A stretch of DNA of 64,000 nt from Mobula birostris. Taxonomy: Eukaryota. Shown here piece after piece: positions 36,652-48,494 of the stretch; the first letter of the stretch is position 1; every line of letters begins with the position of its first letter. The notes below the pieces were generated by a model. That model was not told the DNA's origin. It made no database searches and saw only the letters and a list, made by a program, of their open reading frames with translations. A program made the translations under genes and the position numbers. The DNA is taken from positions 28,885,821 through 28,949,820 of the forward strand of contig NC_092379.1 of the NCBI RefSeq assembly GCF_030028105.1, in the 5' to 3' direction.

Positions 36652-38591
36652 AGGTTACCGCCGATTCCCAGTTGGAGATATCGGTACGAAAAGAATACTT
36701 AATACCGACTGTAACGTCGAAATAGTGACTGCTGATTCCACTCTCGCTTTTGAACGAGCCATATCAGTCTGTCATTTATTAGGGGGAGAGAGAGAGAGAG
36801 AGAATGCCTGTGAAACGATGAAATGTTGCAGTAAACAGCTAGCTTTCGTTTTACTGTAGACCGTGTCCCTCTTTGTGTTTGTGGTTGTTTCGATGGTGAT
36901 TGGTGGTGGAAATGCTGATACTATATGCTAGAATAAGTGAGAGATGCAGAAGCTCGTCAGGTTAATGCTGCTTGCCGCTGATTGTGCGAGGGATGTGGCA
37001 GGGGAATTTTAGGTTCTTATCTTTTTTCATGATATTGATGCTTTGTGTTTTTATGCTGTTTTAAGGATGTCTGTGAAGACAGTAAATTTCAGGCTGTGTA
37101 TTTTGTACCTCTCTGATTTTAAGCGGAACCATTGAAACAAGCTGGGCATTCGTTTCGCTGTACCCTGGTACAAATGACGACAACAAATATATAATAAATA
37201 TAAGCCAGTTTGATGTAACTGTGATCGTCTGCAAAGTGAAAGAATATATCAGGCTGTCCTTCATTAGTTCATAGAACATGGGTTGAGCCGGAAAGTGTCG
37301 GTGGTGGTGGACTGCAGAGTGCCTATCATGACATCCTGGCGATATCTCGTTTCATGTCCCAGGGATTCGGTTCGATTCCGGCCTTCCGATGCTGTCAGTG
37401 GATCCTTACGTGCTCAGTTTCCACAATTCCCGAGTTGCTATGTTTTCCACTGCCCGAAAAAGTCGTTTTGGGTAGCACGTGCTCGTGATCGGAGGATCAC
37501 TGAATGTACATGTGAAGAGGAATTTGCGAAATTGGACAGATAAATCAGTCGACAATAAGACCATAAGATACTGGACCGAAGTAGGCCATTTGGCTTGTCG
37601 AGTCAGCTCCGCGATTTCAGAAGAGAAGGTTTCGTGATGGAATTATTCGATACACTAAACATATAATTAAAATGAGATTTCAAAAAGTCGAAATATACCT
37701 TTGGAAACAGATGCTATCAGTTTGTGCTCCTTCGACTGTAACGGAACGTTTTCACTGTTTGTCTCTCTCATTGGTGTGAAAACACAAACTTCTCAAAGCG
37801 AGTTCTCAAGAAACAACAATAGACTATTCCCACTTGCAAGAGTATTAAACTGCAGGATGAAATTGAATATTAATCTTGGTATGACCTATCTCTTTATTTC
37901 CTGCCTGCGCTGCATTTTTATACACCTGTACAGTTTATTTTTGTATCTTGAAAATGTTTTACTTTGTACCATCTCGATAAGCTGTGTAGTGAATGCTACA
38001 CGTGGTGATAACATCAGATCCGTTAAATCTGATTGGGAAACCAGATTATACAAGCAATCACTCTGTTGTGATTCCATTCTCTCTCTCTTTTCCTTCGCTT
38101 GCTTTTATACTGAAAATACCTTCAAAGATATGAATCTCGGGGTAGTGTGCGGTCACGTATATGTCCTTTAATCATGAGAATGTAACGACCAAAATAGTAT
38201 CTGCATTCTCCGACACGCTGAGCATCCGCAGGTTCTGCCGAATTATCTAAATACTCAGTATAAATCATAAGTAACTCCTGCAACATCCAAACTTTCAGTA
38301 GCATGCCACTTGCAATTATTTGTCAATTCGAAAACGACCAATTTTCACACCCTCAGTTTCCTTTAGTCCGCCATTGTGCCATTTAAATATATCCCGGTTT
38401 CACTCCGTCCTCATTATTTCACACTGCAGATACTTGAACACAGTGGCCAAAGACGATGTCAAACAAGGCTGTCAATCGTGATATGTCGTTGCAGCAAAAG
38501 ATGGTGGGTGATTGCACATTGCGGTATCCCAGAAAGTTATGAAGCTCAGTTTCTTTCCGCGTTGTAATCAGGAACTGCTCCTTTAGCTTCG

Positions 38592-38697
38592 GCGCCTTCT
38601 GCTGCTGAATGCAGCGGTCTGAAGTAGGGCACGTGACTGTGACTGATTTCTGGGTGCGCCCTCTGCAGATTCCTCGGTAAAAGGCACCCTCCACTGA
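38592..38697 (-). promoter_or_regulatory. Cluster of three same-orientation CTCF-like motifs plus an E-box downstream of V9
   Basis: TCAGTGGAGGGTGC (38684-97), TCTGCAGAGGGCGC (38656-69), GCAGCAGAAGGCGC (38592-605); CACGTG at 38630-35. Confidence 0.45.
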
Positions 38698-38721
38698 GAG
38701 CTTTTTGCAATATACAGAACC

Positions 38722-38760
38722 AGTTTTTGCACGGACTCGCCGTCCCCATATAACAGTGTG
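38722..38760 (-). other. 23-RSS of V9
   Basis: CACACTG + 23 bp (TTATATGGGGACGGCGAGTCCGT) + GCAAAAACT. Confidence 0.9.
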
Positions 38761-39183
38761 GTACTCATTGCACAGAGATACATGGCAGAGTCCGACACAA
38801 GAACTTCACGGATATTCAATTGAGACGACTTGCTGCCTTTCTGTGAAGTAGCGGTAATCCTCTCTGAATACCGCTGCGTTCCTCCTGTGCTATATAACTT
38901 CAACAAATAGTTTGGAGCTCCTCCACTATGTTGAATGTACCAAAACATATCTGTATTAGGGTAGGTGTAACTACAGTTCATTGTTATGCTCTGTCCTTCC
39001 TCAGTCGTTACATCGGGAGGATCCTGCGTCACTGAATATTGCCCACTCGTTCCTGCAAGAAAGAACAGAATATATCAACAACACTGGCTTGTATAGAATG
39101 CCGGGCAAACTCGCTAGCCAGCTTCGCTGAGACTCACCAGGCAGCACAGCCAATGCAATCAGCAATGAACAGAGAGAAATCAT
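38761..39183 (-). CDS. Intact TCR V segment V9 (TRAV/TRDV-like, family A); leader 39138-39183, V exon 38761-39052
   Basis: MISLCSLLIALAVLP/GTSGQYSVTQDPPDVTTEEGQSITMNCSYTYPNTDMFWYIQHSGGAPNYLLKLYSTGGTQRYSERITATSQKGSKSSQLNIREVLVSDSAMYLCAMS; 85-nt GT-AG intron; 23-RSS. Confidence 0.92.
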
Positions 39184-39244
39184 GGTGTCTAATTTCTGGC
39201 TGAATTGATCGGCAGTTTCCTTCCAGGGCGTTATTATCACAACA

Positions 39245-39390
39245 GATATTGTGGTAGGAAATATTTTCAGCGAAACCTTTCACCTTTTATAAAACCGGAG
39301 GTGTTTCTAGGATTAAAAGATTGGCTGACAAAAAGAACCGAGCCTTCCTGAGCACCAATCAGAAGCTGCTTTGTATCCATTCGTCATTCT
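39245..39390 (-). promoter_or_regulatory. Putative V9 promoter
   Basis: TGTGGT 39250-55; ATTGG 39320-24; CCAAT 39355-59; TGACG half-site 39382-86. Confidence 0.5.
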
Positions 39391-39431
39391 GTCTGTTTCC
39401 CAGCTCTTACAATGCCCGGTGTTCATCCCCC

Positions 39432-39433
<2 letters not shown>

Positions 39434-39484
<51 letters not shown>

Positions 39485-39510
39485 TCTCTCTCTCGCTCTC
39501 TCTCTCTCTT
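39434..39510. repeat. (CT)n microsatellite upstream of V9
   Basis: Direct inspection. Confidence 0.95.
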
Positions 39511-40390
39511 AATCACAACAGATTCACACACCCTTTAATGTGTAATCGAACGTAAGTAAGACATTTCACGAGTTCGCTTCTTCAAAATTGACAATATCCC
39601 AATGGAAGAGGTTGATTCCTTTACTGTATTTGCTTTGTTGGTTAGTTATTTGAAGATATATCCTACCGTAGGTATTTAAGTCAATATGTTTCCATCTTCC
39701 TGCATTGAAATACTTATTCAAAGGTCATCAAGAGTTCATCCAGATATTTTCAAATCTTTGTTTGCTGCTAGGGTGCCAATTTCTTATCTACGCTAATAGA
39801 CTCCTGACAGCACTTTCTGTGTAGCCACCACCGTCTTCGTAAAAAAAAACCTCACATCTGGCAATTACCTTGTAATTTCTTCCATTCGGCTTAAGATATC
39901 GCTCTCTTGCTGAGCCATTTCCACCTAGTGCTAGTTGTCCACTTTATTATGCCCCTTATCATATCATACACAGCTATTAAGTGACCCCTTACCTTCCGTC
40001 GTTCCAAAAAGAAAGGTCATTGCTCCCAGAAACTGAAATGTCCCGTGGAATATAAATGCACTAGCGGATGTGCAACTGAATTTCAACATTACGATTCGTT
40101 CTCCTTTAGTCGTCGATGAAGAGAGATGAATTATTCCCAGACGATTCTGCAATAGAGGGACAAAATGACTGAGCATTCAATGCCCCCATTGTACATGTGA
40201 GACACCAGCTCACTATTTGTGCAAATGTACGCCGGGCAGCATAACCCATATTATCGGTAAGGATCTAGAATCACATAGAGTCTACTTTCAGGCGAGATTT
40301 GAGACAGATTACATTCAAGAAGCTAATACCACAGACTGGTGAAAATTATGTCAGATACGCTACGCCCTTCACTTCGTGAGAAACCTCCGT

Positions 40391-41438
40391 TGTTGCAAGG
40401 GGGAGCTTAAGGAGCCGACACAAAAGCAAGACACAGGCAGCGAAGTACGAGGAACTGGACTAAGATTATTAAGAATGCAAGGAAAGTCGGGAAGCAGGGA
40501 TTGATCAGAAGGCATCCAGGAAAGAGCAAAGCGTAAGCGGGAATAAGTGTAGCTGGACACGGACGCAGACCCTACACTAGACTAGGACTCAGGGCCTGGG
40601 ATAGGACTTGGACTAGGAGCACAGGACCCGGACATAGAACTTATAACAAGGAGCCCGGAGGAGGAACTAGGAACTCTGGTACCAGAGTGTGGACAGGGTC
40701 TTGGAACCTCGGACCCGGGTCCCGGGCCTAGGCTAGGACTCGGGACTATGATCTTGTCAAGGACTGGGGAGGAGGACTTGGATCGGACTTGAAATTCGAC
40801 TGGGACTTGGATCTGAATTGACACTCGACTGGGACCTGAAACACGAGGCCTCGACTTGGACTAGACTGGAACGTGAAGCCTTGACTTGGACTGGACTGTA
40901 ACACGAAACACAGAGCCGGGACCCCTCCTTGGATACAGGATATGGGGCCGGGACTCCTCTTAGACACGGAACACCGAGCCAGAAGCCCTCCTTGGGTAAA
41001 AGACATAGGGCCGGGACTCTTCATATGCACAGAACACTAAACACGAAGAGACAGAACTCGACTCAAGGTAGCGGCAAACAGCCGGACCTACCTAGCAAAG
41101 GCGAAGACATGAAGACACAAGACTACACAACAATAGACTGCTCCTTATATTGACGAGACAAGGCTCCAATCTCACTCGGGCTGATTAACTTGACGGGGAT
41201 TCTGACGAAGTCACAGATGAAGTTGCAGACAAGGTTACAGACGAGGTCGCAGACGAAGGCTGCTGACAAATTTTCAGAGCCGGTTTCAAACGAGGTTACA
41301 GAAGAGCTAACTCATAGGTTTCTGAAGGGAACGGTCCAGGCCCCCAACGGAACAAGGGAAAAACGGAATATCCGCAGTACCGAATCTACGGACCGGACCG
41401 TGAACCGGAATGCGCACTTCACGGACTGGACTGTGACA
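40391..41438 (-). mobile_element. Probable solo LTR (~1.05 kb)
   Basis: TGTTGCA...TGTGACA termini; near-perfect 5-bp TSD TCCGT/TCCTT; absent from the paralogous site at ~7750; internal GGACT-type tandem repeats. Confidence 0.7.
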
Positions 41439-41744
41439 TCCTTAAATTGCTCTTCTAAATAGGAGCTGAACCAGGCAAATCAAAACTGAACCTATTTAGC
41501 CAGCGATCTGAATGGAACTGTGACGCTGTCGGTTTCTTAATAATTTACACTAATTCTAATGTATGTGCCGATCTCACAACTCCGTCCTTCGTTGGACTTT
41601 AAATGATACTTCATTTCTAGTAATGGATCTCCGTCTTTGGTCCGTCTTTCGTGACTGTCTTAAACTTCCGTCGTCGTGGCACTCTGTGCCTGTCACTGTA
41701 GTCCAATCTAGTCCTTTATTTGTCTACCCCATACCCCGGCCGTC

Positions 41745-41774
41745 CATCCATCTCTGTCTCTCTCTTTCACGTTC

Positions 41775-41845
<71 letters not shown>
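41745..41845. repeat. (CTGT)n/(CT)n microsatellite
   Basis: Direct inspection. Confidence 0.9.
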
Positions 41846-41847
<2 letters not shown>

Positions 41848-42379
41848 ACGCTCCCTAGCTCTGCGGGTACACCCGTTTACAAACTGCCAGTTCACTCGGT
41901 ATTCAGGTATTCATTGTCAATCTGAAAAACAGCCAATTGTTCTCCACTTTTAAGACTCGAATGTTAATAGAGTCCACCTGAAATTTATCTTCATCAGAAG
42001 GATTTACATGATAACTTATCCGATGCTGTCTAGACACATGCACCCTCAGTATCTCCAGGTTGCAACTTCTCTTCACTGTAAATCGCGCAAGCTCGTCAAA
42101 AATTATGTCCAGCCTAATGTTAACCACACAATAATGTTATAGGCAACAGACACACAATATTGTTATAGATACTGAGATATAGTGAAAAATGTTTCGGAAA
42201 GATGCCACGGTAATCCGAGGTAGAGCTGAATTCAAGAAGTTTTCCTCAATGTTTGGCGCATTTCGCTGCTGAATGCAGCATTTTAAGTCGAACACATGAT
42301 CCTTATTCTTTGTGCGTGCGGCTGTCCAGTCTCCCAGCTAAGCCGTTCTCTACTGATCCTGAGTCCCTGCAATTCTGTA

Positions 42380-44638
42380 GGGTGCATTGCACAGTGGTAT
42401 ACACCAGAGTCTGGGAAAAGAATTCCAGATATATATATATAAATGAGCTGACTCTGCCTCTGTGTATATCAGCTGAAAATCTCACCGAACATTCTGGAGG
42501 TTGCTCCAGTGTTCCTGAGCCATATACCTTCAGCATTTACTTTTCAAGATACTCCGCGATGCTGAGTGTATCAAAAATATTTGCATTAGAACCATAGAAA
42601 CCATAGAAACTACAGCACAGAAACAGGCCTTTTGGCCCTTCTTGGCAGTGCCGAACCATTTTCTGCCTAGTCCCACTGACCTGCACACGGACCATATCCC
42701 TCCATACACCTCCATTCCATGTATCTGTCCAATTTATTCTTAAATGTTAAAAAAGAACCCGCATTTACCACCTCGTCTGGCAGCTCATTCCATACTCCCA
42801 CCGCTCTCTGTGTGAAGAAGCCCCCCCCTAATGTTCCCTTTAAACTTTCCCCCCCTCACCCTTATCCCATGTCCTCTGTTTTTTTTTCTCCCCTTGCCTC
42901 AGTGGAAAAAGCCTGCTTGCATTCACTCTATCTTTACCCATCATAATTTTATATACCTCTATCAAATCTCCCCTCATTCTTCTACGCTCCAGGGAATGAA
43001 GTCCCAACCTATACAACCTTTCTCTGTAACTGAGTTTCTCAAGTCCCGGCAACATTCTTGTAAACCTTCTCTGCACTCTTTCAAACTTACTTATATCCTT
43101 CCTGTAATTTGGTGACCAAAACTGAACACAATACTCCAGATTCGGCCTCACCAATGCCTTATACAACCTCATCATAACATTCCAGCTCTTATACGCAATA
43201 CTTTGATTAATAAAGGCCAATGTACCAAAAGCTCTCTTTACGACCCTACCCACCTGTGACGCCACTTTTAGGAAATTTTGTATCTGTATTCCCAGATCCC
43301 TCAGTTCCACTGCACTCCTCAGTGCCTTACCACTAACACTGTATGTTCTACGTTGGTTTGTCCTTCCAACGTGCAATACCTCACACTTGTCAGTATTAAA
43401 CTCCATCTGCCATTTTTTAGCCCATTTTTCCAGCTAGGCCAAGTCCCTCTGCAGGCTCTGAAAACCGTCCTCACTGTCTACTACACCTCCAATCTTTGTA
43501 TCATCAGCAAATTTGCTGATCCAATTTACCACATTATCATCCAGATCATTGATATAGATGACAAATAACAATGGACCCAGCACTGATCCCTGTGGCACAC
43601 CACTAGTCACAGGCCTCCACTCAGAGAAGCAATTCTCTACCACCACTCTCTCCCTTCTTCCATTGAGCCAATGTCTAATCCAATTTACCACCTCTTCATG
43701 TATAGCTAGCGACTGAATTTTCCTAACTAACCTCCCATGCGGGACCTTGTCAAAGGCTTTACTGAAGTCCATGTAGACAATATCCACTGCCTTCCCTTCA
43801 TCCACTTTCCTGGTAACCTTCTCGAAAAACTCCAATAGATTGGTCGAACATGACCTACCACGCACAAAGCCATTTTGACTCTCCCTGATAAGTCGCAGTC
43901 TATCCAAATGCTTGTAGATTCTGTCTCTTAGTACTCCCTCCAATAACTTACCTACTACCGACGTTAAATTTACTGGCCTATAATTTCCCGGATTACTTTT
44001 CGATCCTTTTTTAAACAACGGAACAACATGAGCCACTCTCCAATCCTCTGGCACCTCACCTGTAGACAGCGACATTTTAAATAGTTCAGCCAGGGCCCCT
44101 GCAATTTCAACACTAGTCTCCTTCAAGGTCCGAGGGAACACCCTGTCAGGTCCCGGGGATTTATCCACTTTAATTTTCCTCAAGACAGCAAGGACCTCCT
44201 CCTTTTCGATCTGTACAGTTTCCATGATCTTACTACTTGTTTCCCTTAATTCCATAGACTTCATGCCAGTTCCCTTAGTAAACACAGACGCAAAAAACCT
44301 ATTTAAGATCTCCCCCATTTCCTTTGGTTCCGCACATAGCCGACCACTCTGATCTTCAAGAGGACCAATTTTATCCCTTACAATCCTTTTGCTCTTAATA
44401 TACCTGTAAAAGCATTAGTTCTTGTGTAATTGCAATTTAGTGTTATGAGCTGACTTTCGTCAGCCATTAATTTGGCAGCATCCTAGATCACTGAACCTTT
44501 CTCGTTCTTGCATTAAAGGACAAAATGCACTAATATCCCTGACTTGCACTGAACTCACGTGGCACACTCTGGTCATATGTGCAGCGTCTTGCCTGTCAGA
44601 ATGACGAATGTAATGAATACGAAACAAAGGGAACACAT
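42380..44638 (-). pseudogene. TCR V pseudogene V10 (family B) split by a CR1 insertion
   Basis: 46-nt leader MCSLCFVFITFVILT with GC donor; LITLNCNYTRTN before the insertion; PDSGVYHCAMH at the end; decayed RSS TACAGAA at 42373-79. Confidence 0.85.
42590..44411 (-). mobile_element. 5'-truncated CR1 LINE with a 7-bp TSD
   Basis: RT ORF 43434-44318 (VPQGSVLGPLLFVIYINDLD...KFADDTK); (TTCTATGGT)n tail; TSD GCATTAG at 42583-89 and 44412-18. Confidence 0.92.
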
Positions 44639-46062
44639 GATTCTGGCTTCAGCTTTGATAGGACGGCAGATAACTTGCAAGAAATTATCGCTATGTTAGG
44701 GAGGAAAATCGCATAAAAAATAGATTTCACAGAGCCCTGCTCAACGATTGGTAGATAAAACGGAGCCGAGGCCCTGTGAATACGATAAAGAATCGGCTTT
44801 GGTTGATTTCCGCTCTCTGCCTTTTCTCCCCCACACTATAAACCTTTCTCCGCATCTCTCTCTCTCTCTCATTTTCTCTCCTTTATCTCCACTCCCTATC
44901 TCTCTCCATCTATCTATTTATCTACCGTTCTCTCTTTCTCGCTCTTTCACTCTGTCTCTCTTTCTCACTCACTTGCTCTCTCCCCACCTTCTTCTCTATC
45001 ACTTCAGCTCTCTTTCAGAACTTTGAATTCTATTTATCTACCTCTATTTTTCGCTCCATGATTTCATTCTCGCTGGCTTTGCCTCTGTTCTCTCCCTTCT
45101 GTCACCATGTCACTCCATGCTAACCAGCGTATTACTGAGTTATTCACCATGTTATTACTTTCTACTGGCCCTGCTATCTATCTTATCAATAGCCTTTTAA
45201 GTCATTGACGTAATACCTTTCAATCTATCAGCATCCCGCTGGATATCGCTTTTCAATAGCACACCAAATATTTACTCCCTAATATTTTTCCATAAGTGAG
45301 CCAATCTCCTATCCATTGCAATCGACTCAATTGAGAATTTGTTTTCTGCTGTTGCCTTCCGCCTCACATCTTAATGGATCCCTTCTCAGAATATAAAAAC
45401 CCTGTAAGTACAGTTCACCGTGTACCAGGACGGAAATCTTGCGAAGTGTTCAAAGTCATGACCGTGTACTGTAGACAACGAGGGGAAATGAATATTTAGA
45501 TGTCTCAAAATCGTTTAACTTCTTATTTGTACCAACAAACTGAATTTAGGCCTAGATGCCTGCGATCCTGAGAGCTGCCAGATTAAGGCGAACGAGTGAC
45601 CCTCCCTCGTTTTTGCGTCCATTCTTGATTCGCTCTCTAGTCAGCGCTCTGTACACCTGCTAGTGACTGTATTTCCGTGTCGATTATTCCCCTTTAATGG
45701 TGCGTGCTGCAAGGCAGAAAGATACAATGAAGAGTCCGACGCAAGTGCCTCGGTCTTTTATCATTGAACCATCTTCTTTCATTGCGCAAAGCAGTGGTAA
45801 ACAGCAAAACATATTTTCTTTGTTTCTATGTTTCTAAGTTTCTATATCTTGACGTGCTCATGTGTCTCGCTTCCTACGGAATCCGAAAGACCATAAGACC
45901 ATAAAATATAGGGACAGAAGTACGTCATTCTGCCCATCGAGTCTGCTCCGCCATTCAATCATGGACTGATCCGATTCTTTCAGTCATCGCCATTCCTGTG
46001 CCTTCTCTCCATACCCTTTGCTGTTTATGCTAATCAAGAACTTAGCTATCTCTGCCATAAGT

Positions 46063-48494
46063 CAGTGGTCTTCAACTACCGGCGGCGGACCGGTACCAGG
46101 CCACAAAGCATGTGCAACCGGGCCGCGGGGAAACTATACGATTTGGCTCTAGGAAACGATATGAGCTCGCTGCAACTTACTTCATTCCCCGTCACGCCCA
46201 CTATTGAACTTGAACGCACGCGAGGTCTTTATCCACGCGAGGACATCAGTTTGTCATTAACCTGCAACTACTCAATGAGTAAAAAACAAAACGTCGCTTG
46301 AGAGATTCTTTGAAAGAGATGGTAGGTGACATAAAAGGCCTAACGATGGTGATAACGCAGAGACAGCTGAGGCCGAGACGGCAAAAAAAAACGGAAAGCT
46401 TCCTTCAACAGAAAATGCGACGAGTCGTACATAAAATATGGCTTATTACGACCGGTGACTCGCACGCTCCAAGCCCCCTGTGTGTGATTTGTGGAGACAA
46501 GCTGTCTAATGAGGCATTGGAGCCCTCAAAACTGCTTCGGAACCTTGAGTCCAAGCACCCCGCATTTAAAGACAAAGCCGTTGAGTTTCTTTGAGCGGAA
46601 TAAACGTGATCAAGCGGAACAGAGGCAAGTGCTGAGAGCCACCACCTCCACAAATGCTGCTGCTCTGAGAGCGTCGTACTTAGTAGCTAGCCGTATTGCT
46701 AAGGCTAAGAAGCCTTTCCACTGTTGGTGAAAAATTGATTCTGCCTGCTGTCAAAGACATGTGCCGTGAACAGTTGGGAGAAACGGCAGCTAACATGATA
46801 GCACAGGTTTCTCTTTCAGCTACCACAAATTCAAGGAGAATCGATGACATAGCGGAGGACATCGAAGCACAGCTGTTGGAACGGTTTAACGAGTCTGGTT
46901 TCACCACCCGAGTCAAAGAGGTTGCTCCTGAAAGACACTCCATACTGTGTCGCACATAGGGAAATGCTGGCTAGCTGAAAAATGTCACCTGACCTTAACA
47001 GCGTATTGAGTGACGTTGTTGAAGTTATCAATCACATCAAAGCAAAAGTCCTGACATCACATCTGTTTGAGCAGCTTTACGAGGAAATGGATACAGAGCA
47101 CAAACGCCTTCTCTACACAATGAAGTCAGGTAGCTATCAAGGGGACCAGGGTTTTCGAGATAAGAGGCCAGCTACAGAGATTTCTTTCGAGAAAAAAGTC
47201 ACCACTGGCAGCACACTTCAGTGACGAGAAGTGGACAGCAAAACTCGTTTATCTGTGTGACATCTTCAACCTGCTCAATGAACTCAATTTGTCACTTCAG
47301 GGAGGATGACAACTGTCTTCAAGTTGTCAGATGAAGTATCTGCTTTCACAGCCAAACTGGAACTGTGGAGCCGGCGAGTGGACAGGGGCATATTTGACAT
47401 GTTCCCAACATTAGCTGGGAATTTGGGAGAAACTGGGTCTCGCAGCTGGTGCGTGAACACCTATCTTCGCTGTCGACGTATTTCGAGCGTTACTTCCCAA
47501 CAGCAAATGACGTAAAACGTGTGAAGGAATGGGTCTATGACCCATTTGTGAATATCCCCGGTGAACCATCTATGTCAGCGCGAGAAGAAGATCAACTCAT
47601 CGAGCTTGCAAATGACAGTGGGCTAAAAAGTATGTTTGACATAACATCTGTTCCGGCATTCTGGATCAAAGTCAAGGCTGAATATATTGAGATAGTCTTG
47701 AAAGCACTGAAAGGGTTGTTTCCATTTCCAACATCATATCTCTTCGAAGCGGAGTTTTCTGCAAAGAATGCAATGGAAACTAAATTTCAGAATAGACTGG
47801 ACATAAGGAACCCTCTTATAATTGATTTATCACTATATTCATGCGAGAAAAATATGCGCTATGTGTTTAATATGGCACAGTAAAAAGAAAAGTTCAAAGT
47901 TTCTCGGAAGTCCCCCATCTCACGCAGATGGGAGAAGGCGGAAAACTCTCCCTGCCATACACGACCATACTCCGACTCTGCGTCGTCCGAAAACTTCGAA
48001 CTCTGATCAGCCCTCCGACACCTAGTACAGAGCACCATCTCTGCCCGAACATTTCGACCTCAGCCTCGGTCGCAAGCAGCAGGCAAAGCCGGGAATTTTG
48101 GGGCCTAACCTTCGGAGATTCTCGATCGCACAGGAACAACAGCAGCGAACCAGGCATTCCAGAAATGTTTCCAGATGTTCCTCTGTTTCTCACGCCTGTC
48201 CTCCTCAAATCAGTATTGTCCACGGCCCCTACTTAACAGATACAATATCATTTTCACCGGAGATCTGCACGCGCGTCGCGCTGCCATCTTCTCCTCGCCT
48301 GGGCGTATCAGCCACTGACTGAGCGTATTGGATTGAGTGCATTAGCCACTGATAAGTGACTTAGAGTTGACTTATCACCTATATTCCGGTCGTTATTGAC
48401 GACACCGCGCCCCCCCCCACCCCCCACGGCCAGTCCGCAAGAATATTGTCAATATTAGACCGGTCCGCGGTGCAATAAAGGTTGGGGATTCCTG
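46063..48494 (+). mobile_element. Second Buster/Charlie hAT remnant, paralogous to 12887-15522
   Basis: TIRs CAGTGGTCTTCAAC and GGTTGGGGATTCCTG; same transposase remnants, same internal deletion and same nested element. Confidence 0.88.

Noticed and set aside
40560-41030. Short GGACT/GGGAC repeats as a CRISPR-like array or repetitive protein
   Set aside because: Irregular tandem repeats inside an LTR-like insertion, with no constant repeat-spacer periodicity.
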